Source of the DNA: Selaginella moellendorffii
Taxonomy: Eukaryota; Plantae; Lycopodiophyta
Assembly (NCBI RefSeq): GCF_000143415.4
Contig: NW_003314367.1
Coordinates: 310,001 to 374,000, forward strand
Length of the DNA: 64,000 nucleotides
Direction: 5' to 3'
Below the pieces are notes generated by a model that did not search any database, had not been told where the DNA came from, and saw only the letters and a list, made by a program, of their open reading frames with translations. Position numbers and translations under genes: made by a program. Of the stretch, positions 1 to 11,505 are shown piece by piece; positions within the stretch are counted from its first letter, which is position 1, and every line of letters begins with the position of its first letter.

Positions 1-330
1 AAATACGTCCACCCGTCTTTCAGCTCCCAGTGACAACAAGACGAAAGCACCGCGATGGAGGTGATTCCATCCGGTTCAACTCCATCCAAACCCATCTCCT
101 TGAAGAGATCCAGAGCTAGCAGGCCATGACCACTCTGTGCATATGCAGATATCATCGCACTCCAAGACACCATGCGTCTTTCAGGCATCGCATCGAAGAT
201 CCAATGAGCCTCCTCCAGACTGCCGCACTTCCCATACATTGTCAGGATCGACGTCAAAACCGGCTCCAACGCGTTGAATCTGGCGGGGGCAGCTTCGACG
301 TGGATCAGCTTCCCGACTTTGAGCAACGAG
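1..330 (-). pseudogene. PLS-class PPR gene, 3' part (runs off the window start); continuation of 27954-28950
   Basis: Manual minus-strand translation gives LLKVGKLIH...LTMYGKCGSLEEAHWIFDAMPERRMVSWSAMISAYAQSGHGLLALDLFKEMGLDGVEPDGITSIAVLSSC, which are typical PLS PPR motifs. It joins in frame to ...DACATV at ~27954 when the copia and one TSD are removed. Confidence 0.9.
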
Positions 331-484
331 AGAAAGAAAAGCGGAGCAAGAACAACGGATTTCACTTCAACACATGCCTTGATTCATATATGGCTGTATA
401 TATATACAACTTCAATCAAATCGGAAATCACCAGAGATTTGATCACGATTCAGACTGCTTGTCGTGTTCATCATTATTCCTACA
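331..484 (-). repeat. Copia 3' LTR (154 bp, TG...CT)
   Basis: Matches 27795-27948 with 7 transitions by manual count. Preceded on the minus strand by the PPT CTTGAAGGGGGAG. Confidence 0.95.
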
Positions 485-489
485 CTCCC

Positions 490-3147
490 CCTTCAAGCTG
501 AGGGTGCTTGACACTCCAAGTTGATTCCTCAGCTTGATGAATGTGAGCTCCGAAAGTGGCTTGGTTAGAAGGTCTGCCAATTGATACTGTGAAGGAACGT
601 ATTCCAGGTGAAGATCTCTGGCTGCTACATGTTCGCGAATGAAGTGATGCTGCACGTCTATATGTTTCGTACGAGCATGAAACACAGGATTCTTTGACAT
701 GGCAATTGCACTTCTGTTGTCGCAACGCAGAATGGTCGCATCTGATTGCTGTTGATTGAGTTCTCCAAGTAATCAACGAAGCCAGATGATCTCCCTTGCT
801 GCTGTACTGGCAGCTACGTATTCTGCTTCTGCACTGGAAAGAGCAACCGTTGTTTGCTTCTTGCTTCCCCATGAAACCGGAGCACCAGCAATTATGCAGC
901 AAATTCCGGAGGTTGAATGTTGTGTATCCAAGTTGCCAGCCCAATCTGCATCGCAGTAAGCTTGAAGAACAAGTTTGGACTGACCTGAGCATTTGTAAAC
1001 CAGTCCATGAGCAGCTGTTCCTTTCAAATACCTCAAAACTCTCTTTGCCATCTGCCAATGATAACAATTTGGAGACTGCATGTATCGGCTGAGGAGACCA
1101 ACGGCAAAGGAGATGTTGGGGCGAGTTATGTTGGCGAGGTAGAGTAGTCCTGCAACAAGCGATCGGTAGACTGAGGGCTGATCAAATAAATCATCCATTT
1201 TGCTTGTAAACTTGATGCCAGTGACAACTGGTGTAGCCATGGATTTGCAACTTGTCATGTTGAACTGGTTGAGAAGCTTCTTCACATATTGGCGCTGTGT
1301 GAGGGTGATTGTCCTGTCAACTTCCATCCCTAACAGCTGCCACACAGCTCCTAAGTCCTTCATCACAAACCTGTCCATAAGCTTGATCTTCACATCCTTC
1401 AAAACAGTGTCATTGTTGCTAACAATCAAACAGTCGTCCACATAAACTGCTATCACAACAAAGTGATCACCCTGCTGAAGAAGATATAGATTTCCATCGC
1501 TGTTCAACCTCTGCATACCAAGATCCATAAGAAAAGAATCCAAACATTCATACCACTGACGGGAAGTCTGCTTAAGGCCATAAAGAGCCTTGCAAAGCTT
1601 GCAGACGAGTTCGGAGCACCATGATCCAAAAAGCTCAAAGCCTGGGGGTTGCCGCATAAATATCTCCTCCTTCAAGTTCCCATTAAGGAAGGCTGTTTTT
1701 ACGTCCATGTGATGTGCGCACAAACCAAACTCCGCTGAAAAAGCCAGAAGCGTTCTGATACTTATCTACTTCACAATTGGTGAGAACGTCTCATCAAAAT
1801 CCACTCCAGGAACTTGTGAATATCCTTGAGCAACAAGTCTTGCTTTGTAACGCTGTACTGATCCATTAGGATTTCTGTGAAGCTTGAACACCCAGCGTGA
1901 TCCAACAACTTCACGTCCTTCAGGAGCTTGCACCCAGTCATAAGTCTGGTTCTCATCAAAAGAATTCAACTCATCTTGCATTGCTAAAATCCACTTATCT
2001 GCATCAGGAGCTTGAATCGCTTGCTCAAAGTTGACTGGTTCAGAAGCTATTTCTGTTGCTGCAAAAGACCATTGCTTGGGATGAGGTGCTCTGCTTGATC
2101 GTCTAGATGATGTCCGCCCATAGTTCTCCACATTGAATGGTAGATCATGTGTGAGCCTGTCGACTTCTCCAATTCGTGCATGATGAGCAGCATTGCCCTG
2201 TTCTTCAGGAAGAAAAGATCCAACAAGAAAGGCCAGCTTGCTTCTGCTCTCCAACTTGCCGAGATGCTCATCCACCCTTTTTGCAAAGCTTAAACAACCA
2301 AAACGCCTGAGATGCACTACCGATTGTCTTTGACCAGTCCAAAGCTCTTCTGGGATCTTGTTGGGATTGCAAGAATGAGGGAGAAGGTTTTGAACATGCA
2401 CAACTAATCCGACTGCTTCAGCCTAGAGGAATTTTGGTAGTCCTAATTCTTGAAGGAAGCACCGAACTGCGTTCATGATTGTCCTATTCTTGCGCTTAGA
2501 GACTCCATTCTGTTGAGGGGTATGAGAGCAAGAGCGCTGATGAAGAATTCTTCATTCAGCACAGAACTGCTGAAAGGACTTGTTGACGTATTCCCCTCCT
2601 GAATCAGTACGTAAACAACCAACCCTCTGACCATTTTTCACTTCGGCTTCTGCTACGAATTGCTTGAATTTGCTGAAGACTTCATCTTTGTGACGAAGAA
2701 AGAAGACGTCCGTGTGCCTGGAGAAATCATCTGTAAATGTCACAAAATACTTCGTGCCATTCTGAGCAAACAGTCATATGGGTCCACAAACATCTGAGTG
2801 AATGAGCTGCAAGGGACGAGTGCTTCTGATCATAGCAGGTTTGAAAGTATGACGGGTTTGCTTGCCAAGAATGCAAGTGTAACATTTTGCTGAACTTTGA
2901 AGAACGTGGTTGTTGAAGCCATCCACAAGCTCCTGCTTCTGCATATGCCTGATGAGAGGGGGATTGGCATGTGCAAGTCGAGAATGGCAGAGAGAACTAT
3001 CTGTAGTCATGCATATCTCAGGAGCATTCGATTTTTCTCCAGAAGCTATCTCCTTCTCAAACAGGTTACCATATCTGGGAAAATGCAGTAATGGACAGCC
3101 ATTTGCAAGAACTTGACATTGATGTTTGGAGAAATTCACATCTAGAC
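490..3147 (-). pseudogene. Copia pol remnant: GAG-pre-integrase, integrase, RT, RNase H
   Basis: ORF fragments contain HSRLAH..C..C, LIHSDVCGP, FTDDFSR, LRTDSGGEY, RYKARLVAQGYSQ, MDVKTAFLNG, YVDDCL, YCDADWAG and FHARTKHIDVQHHFIRE. Broken by stops and frameshifts. Confidence 0.95.
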
Positions 3148-4998
3148 TGTAAGCGACTAATTTTTCCATTCTACTTTAGTCACTTAACCACACCTCCGAC
3201 CACTTGGAAGAGTCTCATTCACAACCTCCATAAGTCCAACTCAGGACTTGGGGCTTGGTAGCCCCGAGAATGGCATCCATGCCACTCAACCTTAGCACGT
3301 GGTCCAAGTGCTCCACGTGTCCGATCCCATGATCGACACCCTAAGGTACCACCGACGTATCGGCCTGTTACGCTAAGGCCATGCCCATTTACCTTGGTCA
3401 CACTGGTGGTCCAACACCACCTGCATTCCAATCCTCTCTCCAAGACTGAGTCATCCGTCCATGAGTGATCATCCTAGATCCACTCCTTAACATCCTTAAG
3501 ATGCCTACAGACATGGGGAATAGCCTTCCCCAATAACTCTGTTCCGGTCCCCACCAAGTCCCTTTCTGTCCTTGGCTATGTTCGCCAACACTGCCACTGG
3601 ATCAAGGCCCACCGGCCCGACCACTAAGTCCCACTATCCTCTAGGACTTCCTCACCATGTGACCGTATCCTTGGTCACTACATTAGAGGCCTACTTCTCT
3701 TCCCTTTCACCGTTTGGGACTTTGGGACAACATTTCGGAACACCGTGGCCTTACGCAAGCCTCATGGGTACTCTCCCCGCCTTTCGCCTTTAGGTGCTCT
3801 AGCCATGAGCTTAGAGCGAGGTTCCGTTGAGCCACGACAGGTATCCAAGTAGGTAGTGCCACCCACACTTGGACTGGGAGCATCGGCCAGTCGATCTCCC
3901 GGGGGGTACTAGAGCCGGCTCTTGAACACTTCACCAAGCTACCCCGCTTGTCGGTCCGTGTTCACTCTAGTCTTGGACTTCCCAGTGGGCAGCTCATCAC
4001 CCAACACTGGGTCTGGCCTTCCTGGGCCCAACTGGCCTTTCCTGGCCAAACTGGCTCCACTGCAGTCCTCCCCCTACTATACTTTTGGAGCTCACCAAAC
4101 CCCCCAGGGTCTGGGAGACGAATGCTTTGGGCTTTCACCCTCTCAGACTCGAACTCGGACTCGGACTCGGACTCGGACTCGGACTCGGCCTCGGTCTCGG
4201 CCTCGGTCTCGGCCTCGGCCTCGGTCTCGGCCTCGGCCTCGGTCTCGGCCTCGGCCTCGGTCTCGGCCTCGGCCTCGGTCTCGGCCTCGGTCTCGGTCTT
4301 GGTCCCGGTCTCGGTCTCGGTCCCGGTCTCGGTCTCGGTCTCAGTCTCGACTTCGGACTCCATCTCGGACTCCATCTCGGACTCCATCTCGGACTCCATC
4401 TCAGACTCCATCTCGGGTCCATCTCGGACTCCAGCTCGGACTCCATCTCGGGTCCATCTCGGACTCCATCTCGGACTCCATCTCGGGTCCATCTCGGGTC
4501 CACCTCGGACTCCATCTCGGCGTCCATCTTGGACTCCATCTCGGGTCCATCTCGGGTCCACCTCGGGTCCACCTCGGACTGCATCTCGGACTCCACTTTG
4601 GACTCCAACTCGGGTCCATCTCGGACTCCATCTCGGACTCGAACTCGGGTCCATCTCGGATTCCACTTCGGACTCCAACTCGGGTCCATCTCGGACTCCA
4701 TCTCGGACTCCAACTCGGGTCCATCTCGGATTCCACTTCGGACTCCAACTCGAGTCCATCTCGGACACTTCTACGTATCATGTGTTGGTCCTTTTGGGTC
4801 CCTTTTTAGAGCCTCGCTTATTGCTCGCCTCATGCTCGTTCCTCGAGCACTTTGTTGGGAGTTCCACTCCCGCTCTTGACTTTTCAAGTCGGAGCTTTTG
4901 GTCCAAACGTGTTACGCTCGTTTGGCTCTCGTTTCAGCCACTACCACGTGGCACCCTTTCCGGCTCCACTTTGGGGCCTAGGGATTTTGTGTCTCACA
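3148..4998 (-). repeat. Element A 3' LTR (~1.85 kb)
   Basis: Plus-strand ends TGTAAG...CTCACA. Nearly identical to 9103-9954 and to the later pieces of the 5' LTR. Confidence 0.92.
4148..4765. repeat. LTR-internal tandem array: (CTCGGA/C/T)n hexamers followed by CTCGGACTCCAT / CTCGGGTCCAT 11-12-mers
   Basis: Directly visible. Equivalent arrays at ~17642-18245, ~18580-19262 and ~24610-25203, and a related array in the B LTRs (~10755-11010, ~17140-17392). Confidence 0.95.
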
Positions 4999-7900
4999 AC
5001 TCCACCACCCATCGACGAAGTTCGATGTCCTCATCGAACGGTAAACCATTTTGTAAAGTAATACTCACATGTGTTACCATTTCCATCCTTGGCACTTAGC
5101 CAATATTTGTCAATGGTTTGACATTGAAGGCTCACCATGCCTTTTTGCATATGCCTCAATGGTTTGACACCAAAGGCTCCCCATGCCTTGCCTATCCTCT
5201 AAGGAGGGTAGTCTCTCCAACTTAGAGACTGATTGGACCACATGTAGTGGTTCTTTCCTTTTATTGGTTTAGTTCTCGCTAAACCTCTTAGAGACCCTTC
5301 TCTAAGTCAATCCCACTACTCCTTCTCGAGTAGTCTCAATTTCCATCTATTGAATGTTTGCACCTTGGAACTTTTACTCTTTTGACTTTTGGAAGTCAAT
5401 TTCCTAGGTGTCTCCAACACCTTGCATTGCACAGATTGTGCAGCTCCACTTCCCTATCCTAGGAAGTTCATTACTTGAGGGCACCATCATCCTTTTTTCT
5501 ATTTCGTGCCACCTTGGGCACTAAGTTCCATTTATCACACTTTGTGCTAGGGTTGTCCATCGCCCTATCATTTGGCTACCTTACCGCTCCCTCCCTTGGA
5601 GCTTCCACTTTCGCCAAATCGGAGCAATTCGGAATCCATCCTTGGAAACACACTTCCTTTCCCACAATTTGTTAGCGTCCAACACATTAGTGTTCCTCGC
5701 CTAACTTTGTCACTTGGATTCCTTCCAAGGAATTCCACGGCCCTATCTTGGCCACTCATCTTTTGCTTCTATCCATTGATTGTTGCACCAAGCAACATCG
5801 AATCTCTACCTCCCTCCTTGAGGTGTTCTTTTGATTCCATAGCAAAGGCTTTGCTTTGCCAAGACTAGGGTGTTCACCCCTAGTAAGTCTCTTTTAGCAT
5901 CTTCTGCTGTGGGCTCTATCCTTGGCCCAACTTTGTGACCCTCTCATGGGTCTCTTTAGAGACTACTTTCCTTGGACACATTATGCCATCGCAATGACAT
6001 AGCTCATTTCCCTAAGGTGCTTTTCCCACTTGGTCACCTTGACCAAGCCACACCATCATCAATAGTTCAAATCATCACTTTGAACTAGGAACCTTATTCC
6101 TTAACCCAAACAAGGACCTTGTCCTTATTTAGCCACAAGATCATCTAGTGATCTCACCTTGGCACGTTAACAGGTTTGCCAATAGGTACTAAGTCTTCTA
6201 GACCTTTAACTTGTTAACTACGACCCCGGGGGCATCCCCCACACTTGGCGGTGCGCCCAAGCTAGCCCTTCCGGCCAAGGGTCCATAGCAACTGAGATTA
6301 GGTGTCCCCATCTCACTCACCACGTCCTTGGTGCCACTTGCACCAAAGCGTTCAAGTTAGATATGCCGAGCTTTCACACTAAGCAATCTAACCGTGCATC
6401 ACGACTCCGAGGCATCCCTCGCTTGGCGGTGTGCCCAAACCAGTCTCCCCACTGAGAGTCCATGACCACCGAAATATGAGTGTCCTCATATTCCAAACCA
6501 TCACCACGCCCTAGTGATTTGGGACTCGAACCTAAGCACTAGAGGGTCGGGACTCGAACCCAACCTCCGTATATGCATCTACGGACGGCATCACACAAGA
6601 TGCCTGGCGTGACTCCCCACGCCGGTGCACCAACTTATTTTTAAAGCGCGCTACAGATCACAGCTTAGGAACCTAGTTCCCCCACACTGCCAAGTCCTCT
6701 CACTTGACATATCTGTGATCATGCATGGGCTCCTCCATGTTTGGCCCCATGGGCCACCCTTTTTGAAGTTAGCACCTTCAACTAGGGTATTTATTCCCCC
6801 CAACTTGCCAATCTCACTTAGCAAGTCATCCGACCACCGTAACATGGTTCATGCATAAGCGTGGAAGTCCTTAACCATCAACTTTCGTTCAAAGCCCTCT
6901 CTTTGAACACTCGGGAACTACTTCCCTAACCTTGACAGCCTTGCCTCATGGCAAGCTTCAAGACCACGCTTCTGCTGCGCCACTCTGATTTCGCGCGTTC
7001 TATGAACCATTTACACTTGGCCTTTCTAGGTACTAAGCTACCTAGAATCGTCTTTGGGAACCTTGAAGGAACTCTGTCCCTTAGCTTGCTAAGGCTTCCC
7101 TTTTTGCAAGCTTTCCAATTGCCACATAGTCTAACATAGACAATTCCATATTTTAGACTCTCCATGGCATCACGGTTGCTAGCGGCAACACCCTCGAGCC
7201 CCCACTTAATTCTCCACTCCCAGCTGGCATAAATAACCTTGGTTATGCCCTTCGATTTCTATGGTTCAGTTCCATCCCAATACTACTTGCCTTTTGGCCC
7301 CATATGTTTCCTTTGGTTATTCTCCTCCAGACCAGGAGGATAGCTTTTGCACTTTCTATCATGCCTTAGCAAGTATTCTTAGGGATGTACCTACCCAATA
7401 GCCCAAGGAGTGGTTCCTCAATCCGGGTATGCTCACCTTATAATCCCACACACTGGGATTACATTGTTGCTTATGGGCCTTTACATGCCCATCAGTAGCC
7501 TTGCCAAAATTCCATTCTTGGCTTTGTCCAACTCGGGTAGACAGTCCTCTCCTGTCTCCGCTACCTCGGACATTTGGATAGCACCTTCTATCCATCATTC
7601 GTTAGGGACTTAGTCCCTTGGGCTTTATCCATTGCCCTCGCGACATCAAACACCACCTTCTAGTGTTTTAGAGTGTTCGGGTGTCCCAATGATGGCTTTC
7701 TTGACAATGAGTATTTCCTTTTATGATATTGACTTACTATATCGCAACACAAGCAACTTATCCCCCGTAAGGGTGTATCCGACTTCCCTATGCTATTAAG
7801 AAGTCTTGGGTAGCTACCTTCTACCCGTTCAACCAGTTATTTTGCACATTTTGCTTAGTTGCCTCATAGTTGTCAAGTCCTACAACTCATTGTTTGGTGC

Positions 7901-9954
7901 TTTCACACCTCCATCATTATCTGGGTCACCACACTCCAATTGCATGCTCTGCAGCTTAGGCTATGCCATTCCCATTTCCATTGGGATTCCTTTGGCAAGG
8001 AGTTCTCATGAACCCACCAACATAGCCTCAAGGTATCACACCTTGGCACATTTGGTGTCTCCACACCATCGGCTCCACAAGCCTACCTCTATGACACTTC
8101 CCCTTCGTGTTTATGTCTTTGCCAAGACCAACACCGCTCTTTCTCATGCCAACCATCCGTTAGCACTGCACCATAGAAGTCACACACAACTTTGTGTCAA
8201 AGTTGTTTTCTTCTGAGAACACCTTTCCCATAACTTTAGCATGGCACATTTTGTCATCGATGAGATACCCTCTGTTTTCATCCTTGGATCCTATGATCCC
8301 CCCCCCCATCCTTTGTGGGGTACAACACACCTCAGTCCAAATGCTTCCATCAGTCCTTTTAGGACCATCCCTTGACTCTACTTGAGTCATCAACAGTTTT
8401 GGACTTGGTTAATCCATAGACCCTTAAAGTCCTACTTGTGAGGCACTAGCTCACTGGAATACACTTCTGGCATTCCTGTCCTACTCAAAAGGACTATTTT
8501 CACAAGTGTTACTCCGACACTTGATTTTGTTCTCTGGGGGCAACTTTTGCCCCTTAGGACTTGCGATGAGAATACCACTCATCTCTAAGTACACCCCCCA
8601 ACTCCTTGGGTTGTTCCAGCATTTATTAAAGGTAGCCCCGGCTACCATTTCAAGGACTTGAGTCCTCTTCCGTATTTGACCTCCCACGGTCATTACCTCT
8701 GGTCTCACATTCATGACCACCAACCTCAACTATATGAGGATAATCTTGTGACTCCTTTATTGTTTTGGAGTCTCTATCTTTCCCGTGATCCCAACTTTAG
8801 TTGTTTACCACAACAACCTTAGCCAATTTGCTGAGACAAATGCTCATCCGGATCACATCCTCAACTCAATGAGGAAAACCTTGCACTGTTCCCAAGATCC
8901 CAAAGTCGTTCCATTATTGGCCCTTTTCTATCCACCACCTTATCTACAAGTTCACACATGAACTGTAATGGAGAGCCATGTCTTCCCGACTTGCTACTCC
9001 TCAAGGATAGGCCCACTCCTCGGACCTTCCGATGCCAACACTAGTGGTGATATACTTGAGCACCAATAAAAGTCGGACTAAGGAACAGCCCTGATACCAA
9101 ATTGTAAGCAACTAATTTTTCCATTCTACTTTAGTCACTTAACCAAACCTCCGACCACTTGGAGGAGTCTCATTCACAACCTCCATAAGTCCAACTCAGG
9201 ACTTGGGGCTTGGTAGCCCCGAGAATGGCATCCATGCCACTCAACCTTAGCATGTGCTCCAAGTGCTCCACGTGTCCGATCCCATGATTGACACCCTAAG
9301 GTACCACCGACGTATCGGCCTGTTACGCTAAGGCCATGCCCATTTACCTTGGTCACACTGGTGGTCCAACACCACCTGCATTCCAATCCTCTCTCCAAGA
9401 CTGAGTCATCCGTCCATGAGTGATCATCCCAGATCCACTCCTTAACATCCTTAGGATGCCTACAGACATGGGGAATAGCCTTCCCCAATAACTCTGTTCC
9501 AGTCCCCACCAAGTCCCTTTCTGTCCTTGGCTATGTTCGCCAACACTGCCACTGGATCAAGGCCCACCGGCCCGACCACTAAGTCCCACTATCCTCTAGG
9601 ACTTCCTCACCATATGACCGTATCCTTGGTCACTACATTAGAGGCCTACTCCTCTTCCCTTTCACCGTTTGGGACTTTGGGACAACATTTCGGAACACCG
9701 TGGCCTTATGCAAGCCTCATGGGTACTCTCCCCGCCTTTCGCCTTTAGGTGCTCTAGCCATGAGCTTAGAGCGAGGTTCCGTTGAGCCACGACAGGTATC
9801 CAAGTAGGTAGTGCCACCCACACTTGGACTGGGAGCATCGGCCAGTCGATCTCCCGGGGGGGGTACTAGAGCCGGCTCTTGAACACTTCACCAAGCTACC
9901 CCGCTTGTCGGTCCGTGTTCACTCTAGTCTTGGACTTCCCAGTGGGCAGCTCAT

Positions 9955-11102
9955 TGTAAGCCACAAATTTTTCCTTTCCAATTTGCCAGCTTACCTCGTC
10001 TATCCGTCCAACACTGCCTTGGCTTTTGCTAAGTTCCCTTGCCAAGGTTATCGCCTATGGTACCAGCTCCTACTTGGTTTCAGCTACTCACTGCACGAGC
10101 AATGGAGCGTTAGCCATCCTTCCACGGATTCCCAAATCACTCCCAATCCCCCTCCCCGGGTTAGACTGGACTTAAGGTTCGGCTACACTCCCCACAAGCA
10201 CAAGTAGCCAAGCACACCAAGCTTCCAGGTTCCTAACATCCCTTGGTACCACAAGACTTGATCATGGGACCCTCTAAATCCCAAGTCTTGAGTGCAACAC
10301 TTGCTTCGGGACGCCGGGGCGAAACACCGTGGCCTAACGGCCCGGCATGGGTACCTCTCGCCCCCCACTTCCATCCCGAAGGAAGGCCCAAGCCCCTAGG
10401 AAGGGCGAGGACCAATGAGCCGCATGGTACTCAAGTGGGGCACCACTCCACATGAGCCGAGAGCACCGCAATCGGTTTCCCTTTCGGGAGTGGGAGCTGC
10501 TCTTGAGCACTTCCTTGGATGGCCCCTCCGGCACCAACCAAGTCCATGCTCACTCCCACCCAAGGCCCCTCGGTCCCAGTCCCAACCTCAAGTCAGTTTG
10601 GGAGCCCCACTGGAGAGTCCCTTCTAAACTGGTTCCTGGACCTCACTATCCCTACTATACTTTTGGAACCCCCTGCAGCCCCCCCCCCCTGGGGGACGCA
10701 CGCTTTGGGCTTTCACCCCTTGACCCGTATTAGTATTTGGACTTAGTCTCTGGCTCGATCTCGGATCCGATTTCAGATCCGACTTCGGATTCGGTCTCGG
10801 ACTCGATCGCGGACTCGATCTCGGACCCGATCTCGGGCCCGACCTCGGACTCGACTTCGGACTCGGTCTCGGACCCGATTTCGGATCTCGGACTTCGTCT
10901 CGAACTCGGTCTCGAACTCGGACTCGAACTCGGTCCCCGAGTCGGTCTTGGACTCGATTCCGGACTCTATCTCGAACTCGGTCCTAGAGTCGGTCTTGGA
11001 CTCGATCTTTGACTTGGTCCCATCCGATGAACTTTTTGTCATTTTGGTCATGCTTTCGGGGTTCCCTTAGCCTACGACACCTCGGCGAGTTGGTTCCTTA
11101 CA
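9955..11102 (-). repeat. Element B 3' LTR
   Basis: TGTAAG...CTTACA; about 99% identical to 16338-17486 by eye. Confidence 0.95.
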
Positions 11103-11505
11103 ACTCCACCACCCATAGAAGAAGTTCGATGCCCACATCGAACGTCTCTTTTTTATCCTACGACTTGTTGACCATGTCTCCGGGGGCATCCCCCCACTTA
11201 GCGGTGTGCCTAAGTTAGCCTCCCCGGCCAAGAGCTCATGACAACGGAATATAGGTGTCCCTATACTCCACCCCTCACCACGCCCTAGTATGGGGTCGGG
11301 ACTTGAACCCAGCCTTGCTTTACTAGGGGGTTGGGACTCAAACCCAACCTCCGTAGAATACGTCTACGGATTCGACATCCCCGCAGGGAGTCGGGCGTAG
11401 CTCCCTACGCCTGGTCGACCTAGCTAACCCATGCTAATTAGCTTACCTTCGGCGTGCCTTCGGGTCCCAACATATGCCATTGCTCAACTTCTCAAATTGA
11501 TACTT

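Noticed and set aside
4148-4765. CRISPR-like array or telomeric repeat
   Set aside because: Contiguous tandem units without unique spacers, inside LTRs of a eukaryotic element; not TTTAGGG.
3922-5099. Long overlapping RS/SD/LG-rich ORFs (also at 17393-19544 and 24314-25486)
   Set aside because: Artefacts of stop-free hexamer arrays in LTRs; open in nearly all frames.
6515-6566. tRNA gene or SINE
   Set aside because: Only T-arm-like hairpins; no acceptor stem, D-arm/A-box or anticodon arm.
5000-9100. Short ORFs shared between the A and C interiors
   Set aside because: Sharing is explained by recent common ancestry; no recognisable domains.
10004-10060. CCGTCCAACACTGCC resembles the start of the rice twister ribozyme
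   Set aside because: The downstream twister core is absent and the match is antisense to the element. No hammerhead core was seen by eye either.
11440-11450. Strong donor-like AAG|GTAAGC after the stop codon of element B
   Set aside because: No coding constraint or clear acceptor to define an intron, so it was left uncalled.
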